A DNA stretch of 64,000 nt from a bacterium (lineage in GTDB: Bacteria > Patescibacteriota > Patescibacteriia > UBA10025): NCBI GenBank assembly GCA_021815445.1, contig JAKAGM010000002.1, positions 307,720-371,719 of the forward strand, in the 5' to 3' direction. Below the pieces are notes generated by a model. That model had not been told where the DNA came from. It worked only from the letters and a program-made list of their open reading frames with translations, and ran no database searches. Shown piece after piece: positions 37,061-50,400 of this stretch (position 1 is its first letter; each line of letters begins with the position of its first letter). Position numbers and translations under genes: made by a program.

Positions 37061-37325
37061 TGCGTATCCCAGAAAATTGACAATCCATATCTCTTCAGGA
37101 CGCTGCTCGCAAGTCGAGCGAATACAGACAACCCCTCCTACGTCTGTGAGTAGCTCTTAAAGTTAAGGTGCTGCAGGTTTTCCTGCAATGCCTTATACTT
37201 GTGAGTGGCGTCGTGGATGGATCGGAGGTCAAAAGGCGGTTGGATAGTAGAATACTAGTGTTCAGCCGTCTTTTCAATACAAATAAACAACGTTCTGGTT
37301 GATAACTCAATAGGGAGGGAGGCAC

Positions 37326-37793
37326 ATGAGTACCGGTCAAGGACTCAATTTGGAAGCTGTTCTTCAGCGGGCAGTAACGGACCTTGATTGCATGATCATT
37401 CTCATCAGGGAACCGAGTCGACAGCACGAGCTCACCGGTGAGGTTCGGGCCGCCCGGGACAGATTTCCCGGCGACAACGCAGGTTTCGCCATCACCGTGC
37501 TTACTGAGGTAATGAACACCCTCCGTGAGCTTCATGGGTGCCATCACGTCGACGGCAAAGGGATTCTGCCCCGCCCTATCGAAGCGCTTGCCATCCTGGA
37601 TCTACTGAAGGAGCAGCTTGAAGTCATCCAGGAGGTTATGGGCGGCAAAACGCCCAGCTGCATCACCAGCCTGGTTGTCGAGATGTACGGTCGCCAGGCG
37701 GTTACCGATCCGGTCGGGGCCGTGTACAATGCTCTTGGCAACGCGGTGCAGATGCTGCAAACCAACGTGCAGGCCCATGCCAACATGCGGTAG
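37326..37793 (+). CDS. Hypothetical cytoplasmic protein (155 aa)
   Basis: ORF with a GGGAGGG ribosome-binding site. A strong terminator follows. Confidence 0.35.
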   Translation: MSTGQGLNLEAVLQRAVTDLDCMIILIREPSRQHELTGEVRAARDRFPGDNAGFAITVLTEVMNTLRELHGCHHVDGKGILPRPIEALAILDLLKEQLEVIQEVMGGKTPSCITSLVVEMYGRQAVTDPVGAVYNALGNAVQMLQTNVQAHANMR

Positions 37794-37816
37794 CGAGTTC
37801 CCCCTACTCGCATCCA

Positions 37817-37857
37817 CTCCAGTCAGGCTTTTATAGATGGCTGGAGTTCTTTTTTTG
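37817..37857 (+). terminator. Rho-independent terminator
   Basis: CTCCAG, an 18-nt loop, CTGGAG, then TTCTTTTTTT. Confidence 0.6.
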
Positions 37858-38427
37858 ATTTCCCCAAATACTCATCGCCTTTTCCGGGGATGTTTGAATT
37901 GCTTGCACGATAAGTCCGGCGATGGCGGGAATAAGCGACAAAAGCGTATGCTCGTCATCGCGTGAAAAAGCGGATAAAACAAACCGGTCAGTATCCTGTT
38001 TCTTCTGTTTATCTGTCCGGGAGTCAATGCCTATTCGGAAACGAAGCGCGTCCTTTGTCCCAAGCACTTGGATAATATGCTCAACCCCCCGATGTCCCGC
38101 CGATGACCGTCCCCGCTGGATTTTTACCTTGCCGAATGCCAGGTCAATGTCGTCGTGGACTATCCAGACATCCTCGGGAGCTGTCTTATACATATTGCTC
38201 ACAGCGGCTACTGCATCTCCCGAGAGGTTCATGAATGTTGCCGGTTTAATGACAACAACTTTTTCACGGCCGATGCGTCCCTCAGCGACCTCCGCGCGGA
38301 GTTTTGACTTTTTTGCCCATTTGGCATCAAAGTTCGCGACGAGCGCCTCGACAATCCGAAACCCGAGGTTGTGCCTCGTGTTTCTGTACTGAGCGCCCGG
38401 ATTGCCAAGACCTACAATTAATTTCAT
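37831..38427 (-). CDS. pth: Peptidyl-tRNA hydrolase
   Basis: MKLIVGLGNPGAQYRNTRHNLGF. Confidence 0.9.
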   Translation of the reverse strand: MKLIVGLGNPGAQYRNTRHNLGFRIVEALVANFDAKWAKKSKLRAEVAEGRIGREKVVVIKPATFMNLSGDAVAAVSNMYKTAPEDVWIVHDDIDLAFGKVKIQRGRSSAGHRGVEHIIQVLGTKDALRFRIGIDSRTDKQKKQDTDRFVLSAFSRDDEHTLLSLIPAIAGLIVQAIQTSPEKAMSIWGNQKKNSSHL

Positions 38428-39770
38428 GGTCGTACTTCTCTTGCTGTTACCAGTTTAAAGCTGATGGGAATTCCCGTAAAATCAAACTCTTTCCGCATCC
38501 TGCCCTCTATATACCGCAGGTATGCGTGAGCCACGGCGCCCGGTTCGTTGACGAGCATTTGGAAGCGGGGAGGATCCACGTGGTACTGGGTGAGTGAGGA
38601 AATATACGGACGCTTCTTGCCCAGCCGCTGTCCCGGCGGATGCCTGGTGATTAACTTCAGCAGGAAATGCTGAAGGTCATTTTGCGGAATCTCGCGGAGC
38701 TGGAGCCGGCGGATATCCTGCGCGAGCGGAAAAAGATCCACAATCCTTTGCCTGTTCAGTGCGGAGGTGAAAATAATGGGCGCCCACGGGATCATAGGAA
38801 GGGCGCGGCGGTAGTATTCGGTATATTTCTTGAGGGTTTGATGCGTCTTATCTTGGATAAGGTCCCATTTATTCGCCAGTATGATAATTCCTTTCTTCGC
38901 TTTTACAGCGAGGTTGATGACGTGTAAATCGTGCATGGTGAGCGTTTGGGTGACGTCGGTGACTACCACGGCTATATGAACCGATTCGATAGCATGCCTG
39001 CTCATCAGAACCGTGGTGCGCTCCAGGGCATCCGATATTTTCCTCTCTTTTCTGAGACCGGCCGTATCAACAAAGGTATAGTCGCGCTCTTTCCAGTTTA
39101 TCGTCACGTCCCGCGGTTCCCTGGTCGTGTGCGGAGTAGAGGACACGATATATCGCTCTTCCCCGACTAACGCATTCATGATGGTTGATTTTCCCGTATT
39201 CGTCTTTCCTATCAGCGCGAGGCGGATGGGGGCCTCTTCGGCCATCGCCCTTCCTTTAGGCGCGCCGCAACGTTTCGCTATTGCGTCTAACAGATCACCG
39301 ACACCGGCGCCCGTCATCGCCGAGATGAGGAATATATGTTTAAAGCCGAGCCTGTAAATCTCAGTCGCAGGGGAGAGCAGGTCTCTCGGGCTGTCCAGTT
39401 TATTCACCACCACAAAAACTTTAGCGGAGATTTTACGCAGGCTTCGGGCCAAAACGAGATCGTCATCGGTGACGCCGACGCTTCCGTCGATCATGCAGCA
39501 TACCAGGTCGGCATCGGCGACCATGGCCAGTGACTGTTTTTGGACAGAGGTATTCACGCTGTTGGTCGTTTTTTGTACCAGGCCCCCGGTATCGACGAGG
39601 AGGAAATGGGTCCGTTGCCATTCCACGTCCGCCTGGTTCATATCACGCGTCGTTCCGGGTACTTCTGAAACCAAAGCCTGCTTTTTTTCAAGAATGGCGT
39701 TAAAAAGAGTTGACTTGCCAACGTTAGTACGCCCGACGAGCGCGACGACGGGAAGCTTTGGTGGGGCCAT
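38424..39770 (-). CDS. der: Ribosome-biogenesis GTPase Der/EngA (tandem GTPase domains + KH-like C-terminus)
   Basis: Two G1 motifs, GRTNVGKS and GKTNTGKS. Confidence 0.9.
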   Translation of the reverse strand: MAPPKLPVVALVGRTNVGKSTLFNAILEKKQALVSEVPGTTRDMNQADVEWQRTHFLLVDTGGLVQKTTNSVNTSVQKQSLAMVADADLVCCMIDGSVGVTDDDLVLARSLRKISAKVFVVVNKLDSPRDLLSPATEIYRLGFKHIFLISAMTGAGVGDLLDAIAKRCGAPKGRAMAEEAPIRLALIGKTNTGKSTIMNALVGEERYIVSSTPHTTREPRDVTINWKERDYTFVDTAGLRKERKISDALERTTVLMSRHAIESVHIAVVVTDVTQTLTMHDLHVINLAVKAKKGIIILANKWDLIQDKTHQTLKKYTEYYRRALPMIPWAPIIFTSALNRQRIVDLFPLAQDIRRLQLREIPQNDLQHFLLKLITRHPPGQRLGKKRPYISSLTQYHVDPPRFQMLVNEPGAVAHAYLRYIEGRMRKEFDFTGIPISFKLVTAREVRP

Positions 39771-39785
39771 AGGGGTGTCCTGATG

Positions 39786-41276
39786 CTATATATTTTTTGT
39801 GAGTCGGGACGCCTGATCAGCCCCTAAGACTACGAGAAAATCAGGGGATACCGCGGAATTTGCAACGTTTTTGAGCGCATTTGCGTTCAACGTTCCATTT
39901 TGTATCTTTACCGGAACGGCGTTCCCGACTATTTGCGTATTAAAGAAATTCTTGAGGCGATCGAGAGAATTCGGTTTAGTCCCGCCGGTGAAGTCGTAGA
40001 TGACTGTCTGAGTAAAATCGCGGCGGGCGGCATTCTTTACATTTATGACATCAAATGATTCTGCGCCAAGCTCCTGTGAAATCTGCGCGGCAAGACCGGC
40101 GACTTGAGAACCGTTTTGAAGTTCTATGCGCGGACGCTCTTTTGCTATGAGATTCTCCATAAAGATATTCTTTGCGAGTAGCTTCACCGCGTCAAAGTTG
40201 CCGCTCTTCGGTAAAAGGATATACGCGCCGTCTTGGGTAGTCGCTGACTTAAGGAGATTATCGGGCGAATCATCAAGCACTTTGGTAATCATGGAATCCG
40301 TCTGCAGACTGCCGGCCATTTTTGCTAATCTCAGTATTTCCCATAACTGGAGGTTAGTCCTGTTGTGCTGGCCGATATCATCGAGTGCGGTAATGATGCT
40401 CTTGGGGGTTGTCAGCGTTGCAAGCGAAAGTCCTTGGTCCTTCACTGCCAGCAGGACTTTTTGCTGCCGTTTGGAGCGGGCGAAATCCGAGCCTTCGCCA
40501 TTGGTGCCGTGGCGGGAACGCACGTATTTGAGTGCCGTTGCGCCATCCATTTTCTGAAGCCCTTTTTGGAAACGGACCGTCTGGTATCCGTACTGTTCTG
40601 TAGGGTAGGAGTAGTCGGCAAAGCTCGTGTCGACATTTACCCAGATGCCGCCGAGATCATCAATGACCTTTTTAAAACCCGTGAAATCTATGCGGGCGAA
40701 GTAGTTGATGGGCTGTCCCGTCACGTCCGATACAACCCGGCTGAGGAGCGTTTCTCCCCCTCCCGGGTACTGGTCACTATGCCCGAAGGCCATGGCGTTG
40801 TTAATCTTTCTGGCGCCGTATCCGGGAATGTCGACATAGAGGTCTCGGGGAATCGAAAGCATGGCTACTTCGCGTGTCGAGGGCTTGATGCTGACCATAA
40901 TAATGGTGTCAGCCAAGTATGCCCCGTCATGTCCTTCGCCGCCTATCCCTATAAGGAGGATATTGATACGATCGGCTGATTCGCCGTCAAGCTGTTTGTC
41001 CGGGCTGGATATCAACCGCTTAAGCTGGTCGAAGAAAACGACCTTCTCGCCTGTTTGAGTGTTCGTGCTGTTTACCGAAAGTATTACCTTGGCCGTTATT
41101 CCAAGAGCGAAGCCGACGAGGACCATTCCCAATAAAACAAAAAGCCATCCGAGCTTCCTGGTTTTTATCCGCTTCATTTCGGGCTGTTTGATTACCTCGT
41201 CCTTTTTCGTTTGTTCCTTTGGCGTTTCTTCCATAGCGCATTGAGTATAGTGGACAGTATAGGAATTTTTAGACAA
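39786..41276 (-). CDS. LytR-CpsA-Psr (LCP) family cell-envelope phosphotransferase
   Basis: N-terminal TM. LCP core INILLIGIGGEGHDGAYLADTIIMVSIKP...LSIPRDLYVDIPGYG. Confidence 0.8.
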   Translation of the reverse strand: MSKNSYTVHYTQCAMEETPKEQTKKDEVIKQPEMKRIKTRKLGWLFVLLGMVLVGFALGITAKVILSVNSTNTQTGEKVVFFDQLKRLISSPDKQLDGESADRINILLIGIGGEGHDGAYLADTIIMVSIKPSTREVAMLSIPRDLYVDIPGYGARKINNAMAFGHSDQYPGGGETLLSRVVSDVTGQPINYFARIDFTGFKKVIDDLGGIWVNVDTSFADYSYPTEQYGYQTVRFQKGLQKMDGATALKYVRSRHGTNGEGSDFARSKRQQKVLLAVKDQGLSLATLTTPKSIITALDDIGQHNRTNLQLWEILRLAKMAGSLQTDSMITKVLDDSPDNLLKSATTQDGAYILLPKSGNFDAVKLLAKNIFMENLIAKERPRIELQNGSQVAGLAAQISQELGAESFDVINVKNAARRDFTQTVIYDFTGGTKPNSLDRLKNFFNTQIVGNAVPVKIQNGTLNANALKNVANSAVSPDFLVVLGADQASRLTKNI

Positions 41277-41353
41277 TTCGTCAATTCTTCGACATACATT
41301 TCATATCTAAGTCACATCTGGGGCACAATCTGCCATTGGTAAGTCGGGAATAG

Positions 41354-41382
41354 TGGACAAATACCGACTTTTCGTGTATACT
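41354..41382 (+). promoter_or_regulatory. Sigma70-like promoter of the giant gene
   Basis: TGGACA, a 17-nt spacer, then TATACT. Confidence 0.4.
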
Positions 41383-41456
41383 ATGAATGTTAAAAATTGG
41401 TAAGTGAGACCGTTTTTTTCTCTGTATAAAGCCAAAAGTTCATTTGGGAAAAAACA

Positions 41457-44400
41457 TTGCGTTTCATCTCTCTAGGACAATTTAAGGAAAAAATCAAGCG
41501 AAACAAAAGGTTTGATTTTCGCTCTCTTCCGAAACTCCTCAGTCTCGAACAAGTGAGCGAGATTCTTGGCGTCCATCAAAATACCCTCCGCAACTGGGAC
41601 AACATCGGCAAGCTGAAATCTGTCAGGATTGGAAAGCGCCATGACAGGAAGTACGAACGTGATCGGATCGAGAAACTTTTCCTCGACATGCGCGCCTCAC
41701 AAGCAGGGGCAAAGAGAGACGCCCAGAAAAACGGAAAGAAACATAGGCGAGGCGCGGAGCGCAGGAATGAAGGCCCGCTTCTCGGCTTTTGGCTGATAGG
41801 GAATGTCCGTTCAGTGATCATCTATGGCCTTCTCGGATTGGTGGTTTTCTTTTTTTCTGTCCAGAACATGTCGCTTGGCAAGATACTCTTTGCCAGAGCG
41901 GAGAATGATGCGCTAGTAACCATGCGGCTACAGTCGGCAGATTGTTCCGGATGGCTCAATCCAGAAAAAGCAAGGTTTATCGACGCACTCGCGAAGACTC
42001 CGCTCGATGAATTCCTTGAGACCAATTCCGCGGTGTACTCAAATCAATTTGCTTTCCGCAGTGCAGGCCCCCCCGCGCTTAATGAAGTGCCCGGCCAGCC
42101 CGTGCAGCCCGAGAATACAGCGGCAAACACCAGCGCCGCACCGGTAAATGATGCGGCGGCTCCTCCCGCCAACACTGCTCCCGCACCCGTTCCATCCGCC
42201 GATCCTGCCCCGGCTTCTTCTGACCAGACGGCTCAGGTCAATCCGCAATTAATATGCCAGGGATATACGTTCGACCAGCCGGTCCCTGACGGTTCTCGCT
42301 TAGAAAAAGCGACCCTCGTAGTCTCGTTCGCGGCTGACACCTTTGCAAACAACGAAGACGTCGTTGATTTTTCTTACTCGTTCAACGGCAAGGACTGGAA
42401 GAAGCTCAGTTCTTTTGCCCTGCTCCAGGATATGAGCAATGCGACAAATGACGGCTACTTGTCCTATCCCATCGAAGTAAGCTCCTTCGATGATATTAAA
42501 AACCTCTCTGTCCGCGTCGACTACAACGCCTTTCCCGCGACTCAAGGTTCGAGAGCTTTTTTCGACGGCGCGGCGCTTGATGTCCTCATCCGCAAGCCCC
42601 CCCCTCCGAAGCTCGCGAATGAACTTACGCAAAGCACGACAATCGTAAAAGCCGACGTTGCCCCTTCAGAGGATCCGACGCTTGACGTCACAGTCGAAAA
42701 AAAATCAACCCTCGACTTCCTCGGGGTCGGTCCCACCACGCGCGACGTCCAGTCTGTGACAATCACCGATCCCGGCGGCAATACTAAGACAGTGAATCTT
42801 GATATCCAGGATAAGCAGGTAGGAAAGAATACCGTGGCTCAATATGTTATCCCAAAAGAAGATCTCTCCAGGCCTGGTCTCTATAAGGTGAGCATGCAGG
42901 TAGAACAGGACGGGTATATCCAAGAGGTTTCAAAAGAATTCAGCTGGGGAGTCATCGCAGTCAACGTGAGGTCCTCGGTCATCGAACCGGATACGTACAC
43001 CGAAGTCGGAATGTCGGTCCTCGATGACTTTGGGCACGCGCAGTGCGCCGCTTTCATCGAGGTGACGGTGCGCCATCCGGGAAATTTTGTGGAAAAATTC
43101 TCCACAACTGATAAAACAGTGGTAAAAAATCCCACCTGCAAGGACCAAAGTGTAACAAATGAGCCGGATTATTCGGCATTTTTTACCACAACGACAGTGG
43201 GGAAATATACCGTCGACGTTACGGCTACAACAGAGAAGGGGACGCACACCATTTCCGATTCTTTTGAAGTGAGAAGCAATCCGCAGTTTACCATCGAAAG
43301 GACTGAGTTTCCTACGCGCATTTTCCCTTTTGTGGATTACCCGGTCAAATTCACCGTCACCTCTCAGCAGGATTTCACGGGGGTCTTTATGGAAAAAGTC
43401 CCTGTCGGTTTCCAGATTTACGATATCACTCAGCGCGGGGCGGAGCTTGGCGGAAGTAACGACCCGCAGTATAAAGTCATCACCTGGCCGGTCGCTCTCA
43501 CCGCGGGGAAGCCGTACACGCTCGGGTACACGTTCAATCCCCCCGACCAGGTGCCTTTTCTGTATAAACTCGGGCCGGCAAATATCGGTAATTTTACGGA
43601 AGCCCGCCAGTGGCAGATTGCGTCTGATGCGGCATGCTCGTCCGCAGGATCCGGTGCCTGGACCACGACAGCCACCTGGTCTGGGTGCAGGGTAGGCGGA
43701 CCCATTGCCGGCGATACCGTACAGATTAATTCCGGGCACATGATTACGATTTCAAACAGTACCGCGGTAGCTGCAGCAAGTGTCACCATTATCACGAATA
43801 ACAGCGCCACGGTGAACGGTCTTACGTTCGGAAACTCGGGTTCTTCATTGGCTATTACTGGCGCCATTACCATCCCTGCGGCCACGGCGTCGGGCGGATC
43901 GCTCGTTGCCGTAGATGCCGGAAGCATTACCACTACAAGCGGGACCAGTTCAGTGTCCATATCAGGCGCAGCGGCGCTGACCAGTATTTTTAGAATTAGT
44001 ACAGGGTCTGTTACTTTGACTGGTGGCGTTACATTTGGTGGCACGCAATCGAATGCGCAGCTCACATTCACAGGCGCCGGTTCACTGACTATCGGGGCCG
44101 GCATGGGTACCGGAGGTACGTTTACCAAGAGCACGAGCACGGTCACCTTCAACGGCACCGGAGCGCAGAATATTACCGGGTATAACTACAACAACCTGGT
44201 GGTCAATAACGCCGGCTTGACGCTCACAACGGTTCAGGATGGCGCTAATACATTCACGGTGGGCGGCACCACGACAATTACTGCCGGCACGCTGACCATG
44301 GGAAACTTCGCGCACACCTTTACCGGCGCGACCTCGGTTACAGGAACCCTGAACACAAGTGGCGGCACTACGGGTAATCGGACATTTACCGGGGCAGTAA

Positions 44401-47400
44401 CGGTTAATAGTTCCGGTACGTGGGATTTATCCGGGCAAAATCCGGCGACAATTTTCGCAAACGGCATAACGGTCAGCACCGGGGCGACGTCATTCAATAA
44501 CGGCACCGGAACGGTAGCTTTTAACACAAATAACCAGGCGCTTGCGGGTTCCGTAGGTATGACTTTTGGCGGGACTGCGACTATAGCCAGCGGTGTTACA
44601 TTGACGAATAACAACACGGGCACGGTTAATTTCAGCGCGGCTACTAATTGCCTTACCGGCGCCAGCGCAACCTTATCGATTTTTACGACCGGGACCAATT
44701 CAACCACCCAATGCGCCAGCGCTCTTCTGGGTGCAGGCGGATCCAGCACCGGCTTGTTAAATCCTAGCGGTACCGGGAGCACAGTTGAGTACAACGGGGG
44801 CAGCCAGACGGTAAAAGCGCATAATAGTACGAATAATTATGTCAATATTAAGTTAAGCGGCTCAGGCACCAAGACGCTCACGACTACCGATGTTACGTAT
44901 ACCGGTAACTTCGATATTACCTGCTCGTCGGCCTGCTCGACTGCTCTTGTGGTCGCCAACACCGCTATCCAGGGTACCCTGACAGTCGGTGCAAACGCGA
45001 CCTTCACCGCCGGCGCATTCGCTCTCACGGTAACCGGGACCACCAATGTGCAAAATACCGGCGTTTTATCGATAACATCGGCCACCGGCACCAAGGCGTT
45101 TAACGGCGACGTCACAATCGACAACGGCGGGAGGTGGAGTGTCGCTATATCGGTCAACTTTACATTGCCGGGCAATTTGACAAACAACGGCACATTCACT
45201 CCCAGCACCGGCACCTATACGCTGTCAGGCGCAGGAAAAGCAATCTCCGGCACTTTTGCCAGCCCCTTTACCACCGTCACCCTCACCGGCGGCGGCGCTC
45301 AGAATAATGCGGGGACTTTTACAACGGCAACGCTGAATGTGAATGCCGCGTTTGCCAATACGGGAACGATTACTGTCACCTCGGCTTTGGCCGGGACAAA
45401 TACATTGACTAACAGCACGAATGGAAATTTGAATATTAATGTGGCGGCGGCGAGTTATACGCTCACCGGCCTTGCGGCAAGCGCCTCGGGTAATACAGTT
45501 TCATGGGGATTTGCCGGCGCGCAGACCGTCACTCCGTCGATTAGCTACTACAACCTTACTCTGGCCGGCAGTGGCGCCAAGACACTGACCAACGTAACTA
45601 CGGTTAGCAACAATCTCACTATGGCAGGTACAGCAACTGCCACTATTGTTACGGCCACCATGGCTATCGGCGGAGATTTGGTAGTGGGCGGAGGGACAAC
45701 TATCACTATCGGCGCCACTACGACTATCGGCGGCGGTGATATTACGACTTCCGGCACTTCGGCTACAGTGGGCACTTCAGGCACGCCGACAGTGACCATT
45801 TCCGGCACAGGGAGTCTCGGCGGCGGCACATCACCGGGCCTGACTTTTTACGACCTGACCATTTCTGGTACGCAGACTATCAACGACCCTTATGCCATGA
45901 CCATCAATCACACACTGACGGTCAACGGCACGCTTAACGGCACGGGAAGTCCCGCAACGCTGGGCAGTATCGTCGGTACGGGCACTATTACGATGGCCAG
46001 CCCGTCGGCGTGGCTCGTGTATCCAACTGCCTCAATTAATTTCGGCACCACTTCCGGCTCTACGGCATGGACATTCTATAGCATGACAGTGAGCGCCGTC
46101 CTTGCAAGCGCCGATGTCACTCTTACTACGCAGGCAGGCACCGGTGATATTACCTTTAATGGCACTTTGCAATTGTCCAGTTTTGGCGACTCGTTTTATA
46201 CCAATTTAAATGCCGGCGGCAGAAATTGGATTATGTCGGCTACGAATAATGCAAAGCCCTTTGAGCTCGATGTCGGCGGCGCCGGTGTCCTGATAGCCAG
46301 TACTTCTACGTTCCAATTTACGGGCAATAATGCCTCCGGCAATGTAACCCTGCAAAATGCCACATATAATAATCTGACTTTGGGCGGGGCATCCGCCGAA
46401 ACTTTTGACACTGAGGCCTCGCTGACGGTTTCCGGCACGCTGAACGTTGCCGCGAACGGCACTTTGGCCATCGGCAGTACGCACACCGTGACGCACAGCG
46501 GCGCCACATTGACCCTAGCCGGAATCATCTCCGGCGCCGGACGGCTGGCGTATCAGAGTGCCACGGCATTTCCTACTACGGGGACCATTTCATCGATCGT
46601 GCGATTCGATGCGACGAATAATGATCAAACAATGTCAGCCCGCACATACGGCGGCAACGTCGAGATTTACAACGTCAGCAGTTCATTTACGCGGGCCGTC
46701 ACCATGACCGCGACTGCTACCCAGGTGATCAGCGGCTCCCTAAGCATCAATGCCGCTGGAACTGCCGGGATCACCCTCGATGCATCGGTAAACAACCCGA
46801 CGGTCACTGTCGGGGGGAGTATCTCTTCAACAGCGGGCGGAGGGGGGCTTCAAGTGCTTTACGCAGGTACCGGCTCGTGGACTGTCGGCGCGAACTTCGA
46901 TATGACCAATATCCAGCTGACCGTAGGTACGGGAAACACGATTATAATGTCCGGTACGGGGACCTTTACTTCCGGTGGGTATAACATGCAAAATCTTACG
47001 CTCTCCGGAACTATTACACTTGCAAATGCCGCCCATACGGTATACGGCAACCTCGATATGACGGGGGGGACCATTACCGCCGGGACGTCAACAATGTATA
47101 TGAGAGGGACGGCAAATTTGGTTGGCGGCAACCAGAGTCTCTATAATCTGACCGCAAATGGTAACGCCAATACGCTGACCGTTACCTCCAATGTTACAGT
47201 GACGAATGTGTTGACTATCGGCTCGGTGGGGGACAACAACAACGATACGATGTCCATAAATGGCGGTATCAGCGTGACTTCCGGCACATCGGGTACCGTC
47301 ACGCTCTCGGGAAGCGGGACTGATACCATCTCCGGCGCGGGAACATTGGTAATGCAAAACTCCAACCTGAATACTCTCGGCGTTCTCTCTTCGAAGGTGA

Positions 47401-50400
47401 GATTCGATGCGACCAGCGGCGACATCAACATGCCTGCCCGCACGTACGGCGGCGCCGTAGAGATTTATAACAATCATGCAACCACTGCCCGCGTCGTCAC
47501 CATGCTCGCAACCGCCACGCAGACTCTTTCCGGCGATCTGACGGTCATCGCGGCCAACGGCGGTGACATCACTCTTGCCGGAGCTACATATAATCCTACC
47601 GTCAGCATTACAGGCAGTGTTGCATTTACCAAGAGCAGTACCGGAACGCCTATTATTACCACGGGCACTGGTACGTGGACAGTGGGCACAACGCTTGATT
47701 TGACCAACGGTACGTTTACCGCTGCGGCAACCAATACCGTGCTCATGGGCGGCACCGGCAATCTGATCGGAGCCGGCCAAACATTAATTAACCTCACGAT
47801 TGACGGAAACGGCAACACCGTTACCATAACTACTTCGGATATATCCGTCAGCGGGACGCTCACTATCGGCGGAGCGGCAGACGGTAATAACGATACGCTG
47901 TCGATAGGCTCGGGCAGGCTTGTCACCTCCACGTCCGCAGGCACTGTTACGCTTATTGGCAGCGGCACTGACACCATTTCCGGTACGGGGACTCTTGTCG
48001 TAAAAAACAATAATTTAGGCACGGCTGGGACACTCTCTGCTCCCGTCAGATTCGATGCGACAGCGGCAGATCTGACTATGCCCGCACGGACGTATGGGGG
48101 TGATGTGACAATTTACACATTTAAAGTTGTTGTCGATCGTACGGTTACTATGTCAGCAGGGACATATATCATCTCAGGAAACTTGGACATGAATCCTAAT
48201 AATCCTCAGGGAGGTGTGCGGGCATTAACGCTGGATGCCGCAACAAATGATCCCGCAGTAAATGTCACCGGAAACGTTACAAATTCAGAAACAGGGGTTC
48301 TGGGGTACTCGATTATATTAGCTGGAGCAGGTACATGGACGATTACGGGGTATGCAAATTTTCAAAGTCAATGGGGAACAGGAACTGATTTTTTAACCGA
48401 AACAAACAGCACGCTTGTGATGAACGGGACCTCAAAAACGCTGTACCCGGGCAACAACTTGACTCTGTATAATTTTACTAGCGGGGGCACAATCGCTGCC
48501 TCAGGCATGACTGTAAGTAATACTCTGTTGATATCTTCTGGTACATTAACTATGGATATGACTCTCTTGACCGTGGGGAACAACTTTACTAATAATGGCG
48601 CCTATACGGCTAGCTCAGGCACTGTAAATATGACCGGTACCAGCGGCTCCATAGGCGGATCGGCCTCCACGACATTTTATAACCTTTTGATTAATGGGAC
48701 GAATATCACAACTACGGTGAATACGAGCGCAACGGTAAGCGCTACGCTTACCGTCGGCGCCGCCGGCGACGGTAACAACGACGAGCTCTCTATCGCGAGC
48801 GGCAAGACGCTAACGTCCGCGACTACGGGCACCGTGACGCTCATCGGAAGCGGAACGGACTCAATCACGGGCTTAGGCACGTTAGTCGTGAGAAATTCGA
48901 ATTTAGAAGCCACCAATGGCACTATTTCCGCCAACGTCCAATTCAACGCATCGAGCGGGAGTATTAACATGCCTGCGCGGTCATACGGCGGAAATGTGGA
49001 AATATACAGCTCCGGAATATTGCCGCGCACGGTTACTATTGCATCATCCGGGACAGTCAACATCACCGGAAATCTTACCGTTACTGACGCCGGAACCGGT
49101 GTGTCATTGTCCGGGATGAACAATCCCACTGTGAATATCACCGGCAGCATAAATCCGTGTAATCCAGCCACCGACGCATTTATTACGACCGGAACCGGCG
49201 TATGGACGGTCTCTGCCGGCGCGGACTTTACTCTGTGCTCGCTTACTGCGACAAGCGGCAATACCCTCGTGATGAATGGCGCCGGCACGCTGAGAACCTC
49301 TGTAAATACCCTGCAAAATCTGACGCTCTCCGGTACAATAACCCTCGCCAATGAGGTAGAGACCATCGCAGGCAATCTCGACATGACCGGCGGAACGATT
49401 ACTCCCGGCACATCCACCATAGTAATGACCGGGACTAAAGATCTGATTGGTGGAAGCCAGACTCTTAATAATCTCACCATTAACGGAGTCAACACTACAG
49501 TCACAGCAAAGACTTCGAATCTCAGCGTCTCCGGCACCCTGACGATTGGCGGCGCAGCTGACGGCGATAACGACACATTCACGATCAACAGCGGTATCGC
49601 GGTAACCTCGGGAACTGCAGGTACCGTAACGCTCGTCGGCAGTGGCACCGACTCAATCACCGGTGCGGGAACACTCACTGTTCAAAATTCCAACCTTGGC
49701 ACAGGCGGGGTATTGTCCCCGATAGTACGGTTCGATGCCACAAACGGGGATATCGCAACGATGCCTGCGCGCACATACGGCGGGTTAGTGGAAATTTACA
49801 ACGGCCACGCCAGCACGGCGCGCACAGTGACCATGAGCGCTCTAGCCACCCAGACTCTCTCGGGAAACTTAAGCGTCATTGCAAATAGCGGAGGCAACAT
49901 CACGCTTATCGGCGCTCTAAACAATCCGACAGTCAACATCACCGGCGGCGTTTCGTTCGCCAAAAATAGCACGGGCACTATCACCGTCACTTCGGGCACG
50001 GGCACATGGAGCGTCGGCGGAGCAGTGAACTTTACCAACGGCACCTACACGGCGGCAACTGGTAATGTATTGGCGATGAGCGGCTCTGTCAATCTGATCG
50101 GGAACGGCCAAAGTCTCTATGACCTGAACGTGAACGGGACGACCAATACTGTCACGGCGACGACATCGGACGTCAGCATCGCTGGAACGCTCACGGTGGG
50201 ATCGGGCAACATATTGTCGATTGCATCCGGCCGCACGGTAACATATTCCGGGAGCGGGAATGTCGCCGGTACAGGTACTATCAGCGGCGCCGGAACCATT
50301 ACCTTTACTGATACATCCGGCGGTCCGGGGACGGCACTTACTACCCTGAGCGCTGTCTCGCGCTATGACGCGACAAACGGCAATATCGCCTCCACGACAT